Origin: Elusimicrobiota bacterium
GTDB lineage: Bacteria; Elusimicrobiota; Elusimicrobia; UBA1565; UBA9628
DNA: 64,000 bases
Reading direction: 5' to 3'
Assembly: GCA_044450965.1 (NCBI GenBank)
Contig: JBIOJO010000014.1
Coordinates: forward strand, 3,425-67,424
Made by a program: the position numbers and the translations under genes. Shown one piece after another: positions 60,817 to 64,000 of the stretch. The notes below the pieces were generated by a model. The model saw nothing but the letters and a program-made list of their open reading frames with translations. It ran no database searches and was not told where the DNA came from. The stretch's first letter is position 1. Every line of letters begins with the position of its first letter.

Positions 60817-61581
60817 ATGAACGCCATCCGCTTCCAGCGCGTCGGAAAAATCTACCGCCGCTCCCATCTGGGCAAGGTCACGGAGACCATGGGTTTGGAC
60901 GGTCTGGATTTGGAGATCCGCCAGGGCGAGGTGTTCGGACTGCTGGGCCTCAACGGCTCGGGCAAGACCACCGCCATCAAGCTGCTGATGGGCCTGCACC
61001 TGCCCACGACCGGCGACGTCGAGGTGCTGGGCCGGCGGGTGCCGGACGTGGAGGTCCTGGCGCGCATCGGCTACGCCCCGGAAGCGGCGTACCTGAACAA
61101 ATCCCTCACCGGCCGGGAGAACCTGCGCCTGTTCGCGGCCCTGTCGCGCGTTCCGGCGGACGTGCGGGAGGCGAAGGTCGAGGAGATGATGCGCAAGATC
61201 GGGCTGGGCCACGCGATGGACCGCCGCCTCTCCGAATATTCGAAAGGCATGCTCCAGCGCGCCAGCCTGTCGCAGGCGCTGATCCACGAGCCGGAACTGG
61301 TGATCCTCGACGAGCCGGTGACCGGCCTGGACCCGCTCGCGATCAAGGAAGTGCGCGCGCTGATCCTGTGGATGAAGTCAAAGGGCAAGACGGTCCTGTT
61401 CTCCTCCCACGACATCTCCGAGGTGGAAAGGGTCTGCGACCGCATCGGCATCCTCAGCGGGGGAAAGCTGGCGAAGGTGATGACCCAGGAAGAATGGCGG
61501 GGCAAGCCCGACGCGCTGGAGAACGCGTTCGCGGCCTCCGTCACGCGCACCGACGGCGTCGGCGAGATCAAACTGAACTGA
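60817..61581 (+). CDS. ABC transporter ATP-binding protein (PilH-like)
   Basis: GLNGSGKTT, YSKGMLQR, LDEPVTGLDP, SSH. Confidence 0.92.
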   Translation: MNAIRFQRVGKIYRRSHLGKVTETMGLDGLDLEIRQGEVFGLLGLNGSGKTTAIKLLMGLHLPTTGDVEVLGRRVPDVEVLARIGYAPEAAYLNKSLTGRENLRLFAALSRVPADVREAKVEEMMRKIGLGHAMDRRLSEYSKGMLQRASLSQALIHEPELVILDEPVTGLDPLAIKEVRALILWMKSKGKTVLFSSHDISEVERVCDRIGILSGGKLAKVMTQEEWRGKPDALENAFAASVTRTDGVGEIKLN

Positions 61582-61583
61582 CC

Positions 61584-62348
61584 ATGGAAACCATCAAGGC
61601 CGTCTTCACGTACACCTTCCGCGAGCACGTCCGCCACAAGATCTGGCTCAGCGGCGCGCTGTTCGGCCTGGTGCTGATCGCCGGAGGCCTGGTGGCCTCC
61701 GCGCTGGCGCAGGACGAGCGCGCGCGCATGATGCTTGACGTGGGACTGGCCGCCAACGAGCTGATCGCGCTGGTCACGGTGGTCTTCCTGACCGTGCATC
61801 TGATCCTGCAGGAGATCGAATCCCGCGCGGTGTTCCTGATCCTGACCCATCCGGTGAAGCGCTGGCACTACCTCCTGGGCCGCTTCCTGGGCACCTTGGC
61901 CGCGGTCGGCGCGGGCATGGCGGCGATGGGCCTGGCGCACTGGGGCCTTCTCAAGCTGCTGGGCTGGGGCGGAGACGGCTCCTACCTTCTCGCCTGGGCC
62001 TGCTCGTTCGCCAAAACGGCCGTGATGGGCGCGCTCGCCCTGCTGCTGTCGCTGGCGCTCACGTCGGAGGCGGCGGCGATGTCCTTCTCCGGCTTCTTCT
62101 GGATCCTGGGGCATTTCTCCGCGGAGATGCGGTTCGTGGCGGAAAAATCCGGAAGCGCGCTCCTGCGCACGGCGATCCTGGCGTTCTCCTACGCGGCCCC
62201 GGACTTCGCGCACTTCAATTACCGCGACGCGTGGCACGCGGGGATTCCCGGCGCGCACTGGATCGCGGCGGCGGCGCTGTACGCGCTCGCGTACTCGGGC
62301 GGATGCTTCGCGCTGGCCGTCCAGGTTTTCGAGCAGAAAGAATTCTGA
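61584..62348 (+). CDS. ABC-2 type permease (PilI-like)
   Basis: TFREHVRHK, DVGLA, QEIESRAVFLILTHPVKR...LLGRFLG, C-terminus FEQKEF. Confidence 0.85.
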   Translation: METIKAVFTYTFREHVRHKIWLSGALFGLVLIAGGLVASALAQDERARMMLDVGLAANELIALVTVVFLTVHLILQEIESRAVFLILTHPVKRWHYLLGRFLGTLAAVGAGMAAMGLAHWGLLKLLGWGGDGSYLLAWACSFAKTAVMGALALLLSLALTSEAAAMSFSGFFWILGHFSAEMRFVAEKSGSALLRTAILAFSYAAPDFAHFNYRDAWHAGIPGAHWIAAAALYALAYSGGCFALAVQVFEQKEF

Positions 62349-63046
62349 TGAAGCCCGCGCTCGGCGCCGCCGTCCTGGGATTCGCGCTGGCCTGGAGCGT
62401 CCAGCCGGCGCTACGCCGCGGGCTGCGGGAATTCCCCCCGCTGTCCCGGATTCCCGTCACCCCGTACAGCCTTCAGGACGCCGTGCTGGCCAGCGCGGGC
62501 ATGCGCGCCCTGGCGGCGGACCTGGCCTGGATTCAGATGCTCCAATATCTGGCCGGCGACCTTCCCGAGATGACGGACACGAAACCGTTCGAGCACATCA
62601 AGGACCTGAGCCTGCGCGTCGCGCGGCTGGACCCCGCGTTCCACCGGGCCTACCTGTTCGGCGCCAGCATCCTGGCCTTTTTCCCCGAAGTCGACCGGCC
62701 CGAGGACGCCATCGAGGTTCTACGGGAGGGAATGCTCCAGGATCCCGGCCAACCTCTCTACCCGGTCTACATCGCCGCCCTGGCCTACAAGAAGCGCGGC
62801 GACGCGGACCGGATGATCGCCGTGCTGGAGCCGACGTTGGCCGATCCCAAGAGCCCCATCGAGATGAAGGCGATCATCGCCAACCTCTATAAGTCTCGCG
62901 GCGAGTACGGCCGGGCGCTCGCCTTGTGGAACGGAATCCTGGACAGCGACATCGAGGCGCGGGAGTGGCCGCGCGCGCGCATCCAGGTCGCCGAGATCAA
63001 GCGGCTGATGAAGGAGCGCCGCTCCGCGCCTCCGCGGCGTCAGTAG
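62348..63046 (+). CDS. TPR-containing ABC accessory protein (PilG/XapA-like)
   Basis: GMRALAADLAWIQMLQY, LDPAFHRAYLFG, C-terminal TPR helices. Confidence 0.75.
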   Translation: MKPALGAAVLGFALAWSVQPALRRGLREFPPLSRIPVTPYSLQDAVLASAGMRALAADLAWIQMLQYLAGDLPEMTDTKPFEHIKDLSLRVARLDPAFHRAYLFGASILAFFPEVDRPEDAIEVLREGMLQDPGQPLYPVYIAALAYKKRGDADRMIAVLEPTLADPKSPIEMKAIIANLYKSRGEYGRALALWNGILDSDIEAREWPRARIQVAEIKRLMKERRSAPPRRQ

Positions 63047-63519
63047 AAGTTGGCGTCGTGGCCGGCCAGCCGGCCGTCCCGGTAAACGAACTTCGCCGAG
63101 AAGAAGCGCTCCCCGTCCAGCCAGGGCAGGAACACGCGATCGCCCTCCCACAGCGGCAGATCCAGGATTTTCGCGTCGTCCACCCACTCGAGCGTGCCCT
63201 CCGGGCATTCCCCGATCTCGCCCTCGAAGCGCGTCGCGGTGTAGACGAACACGATCCAATCCTCCCCGTCCTTGAACGCCGGGAAGGTCAAAACGCCGCG
63301 CAGGCGCGAGTCCAGCAGGTTGAGGCCGGATTCCTCGCGGATTTCCCGGATGACGCATTCGTCGGGCGACTCGCCCGCGTCCAGCTTGCCGCCCAGGCCG
63401 TTGTACTTGCCGCGGTGGACGTCGCCGGGCTTCTTGTTGCGATGCAGCATCAAGGTGCGCCCGGCGGCGCGGATATAGCACAAGGTGGCGACGACGGGCT
63501 TCGACCGGGTGGCGCTCAT
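63040..63519 (-). CDS. mutT: Nudix hydrolase, 8-oxo-dGTPase (MutT/MutX type)
   Basis: ATLCYI, GKYNGLGGKLDAGESPDECVIREIREESG Nudix box, LPLWEGD. TATAAT at 63535-63530. Confidence 0.9.
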   Translation of the reverse strand: MSATRSKPVVATLCYIRAAGRTLMLHRNKKPGDVHRGKYNGLGGKLDAGESPDECVIREIREESGLNLLDSRLRGVLTFPAFKDGEDWIVFVYTATRFEGEIGECPEGTLEWVDDAKILDLPLWEGDRVFLPWLDGERFFSAKFVYRDGRLAGHDANFY

Positions 63520-63569
63520 GGCGGCGGCCATTATACCTGATCGGCAGTTCCGTTGCGCCGGAGTCACTT

Positions 63570-63767
63570 ATGACGAAGCGCTGCGTGGATTGCCGACGTC
63601 ACACTTTGATGGTGGACCCCCTGGGCGAGAACGCCCCCGTTTACTATTGCTCCATTCACGGAATCGTCCTGGACGCGTCCCGCTTGAGCGGTCCGACCTG
63701 CCCCGAGGCGCGTTTCTACGCGACGGACCCGATGCCGGCGAAGAGGCCCAGGTCTTCTAGGTCATAA
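63570..63767 (+). CDS. Small Cys/His protein, possible Zn-binding
   Basis: CxxCxxH...CxxH...C in 65 aa. Short, with weaker codon bias. Confidence 0.45.
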   Translation: MTKRCVDCRRHTLMVDPLGENAPVYYCSIHGIVLDASRLSGPTCPEARFYATDPMPAKRPRSSRS

Positions 63768-63830
63768 TTCTTACTCCCCCTAGGACTTCCGCTTCAGAGG
63801 GAAATCGCCGGCGCTTGATAGGATAGGGGC

Positions 63831-64000
63831 ATGACCCTCAACCCCCTCTACGCGCGCAAAACCCTCGCCACCGCCCTGACCGCCTCCCTGCTGGTCGCCG
63901 CTCCCGGCCCCTTGGCCGTTCAAGCCCTCGCGCAGACGATGAACCTGGGCGCCGCCCGCGCCGCGTCCGGGGTTTCCGGCGCCGCCGCGGCATCGTTGAG
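63831..64000 (+). CDS. Start of exported protein with APG-type leader (3'-truncated)
   Basis: ATG 6 nt after extended -10 TGATAGGAT. Reads MTLNPLYARKTLATALTASLLVAAPGPLAVQALAQ. Confidence 0.7.
   Translation, partial: MTLNPLYARKTLATALTASLLVAAPGPLAVQALAQTMNLGAARAASGVSGAAAASL

Overview
High-GC bacterial chromosomal segment. The gene style is reminiscent of Elusimicrobiota, but that is an inference only. The backbone is a near-complete de novo nucleotide biosynthesis supercluster in four blocks: guaA-purC-purS-purL-purQ; purF; purD-purE-purK; and pyrB-pyrC-pyrD-pyrF-pyrE-purM-purN/purH(fused)-DUF4097-carA-carB. Lineage-specific, mostly exported proteins are interleaved. These include an island with a degenerate GH75 protein, three Cys-rich paralogues, two orphan TRAP DctP proteins and a TPR protein, plus a PilB/GspE ATPase with a degenerate GIY-YIG-like N-domain, a 1072-aa FtsH, an S1/P1 nuclease and a beta-barrel/transglutaminase-like fusion. 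The right part holds a Fur/Zur metal-homeostasis neighbourhood (ZIP, ZnuABC-like, porin, and a CxxCH/RAPP leader gene whose RAPP-region codons can pair with the downstream Shine-Dalgarno). It also holds a candidate secreted polymorphic toxin-immunity-ADP-ribosylglycohydrolase operon, an SPFH pair, an HNH gene with a structured 5' region, an OPT transporter and a PilG/H/I-like ABC module. Regulatory signals read from the DNA: many apparently leaderless promoters (TAnnnT 6-7 nt before the start codon), a repeated paired 14-bp palindrome at fixed distance from the -10 of six exported-protein genes, two 7-2-7 Fur-like boxes, and tandem DnaA-like boxes next to a perfect 24-bp palindrome. No rRNA, tRNA, CRISPR array or transposase was recognised. 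All family calls come from motif recognition by eye; no database search was run.
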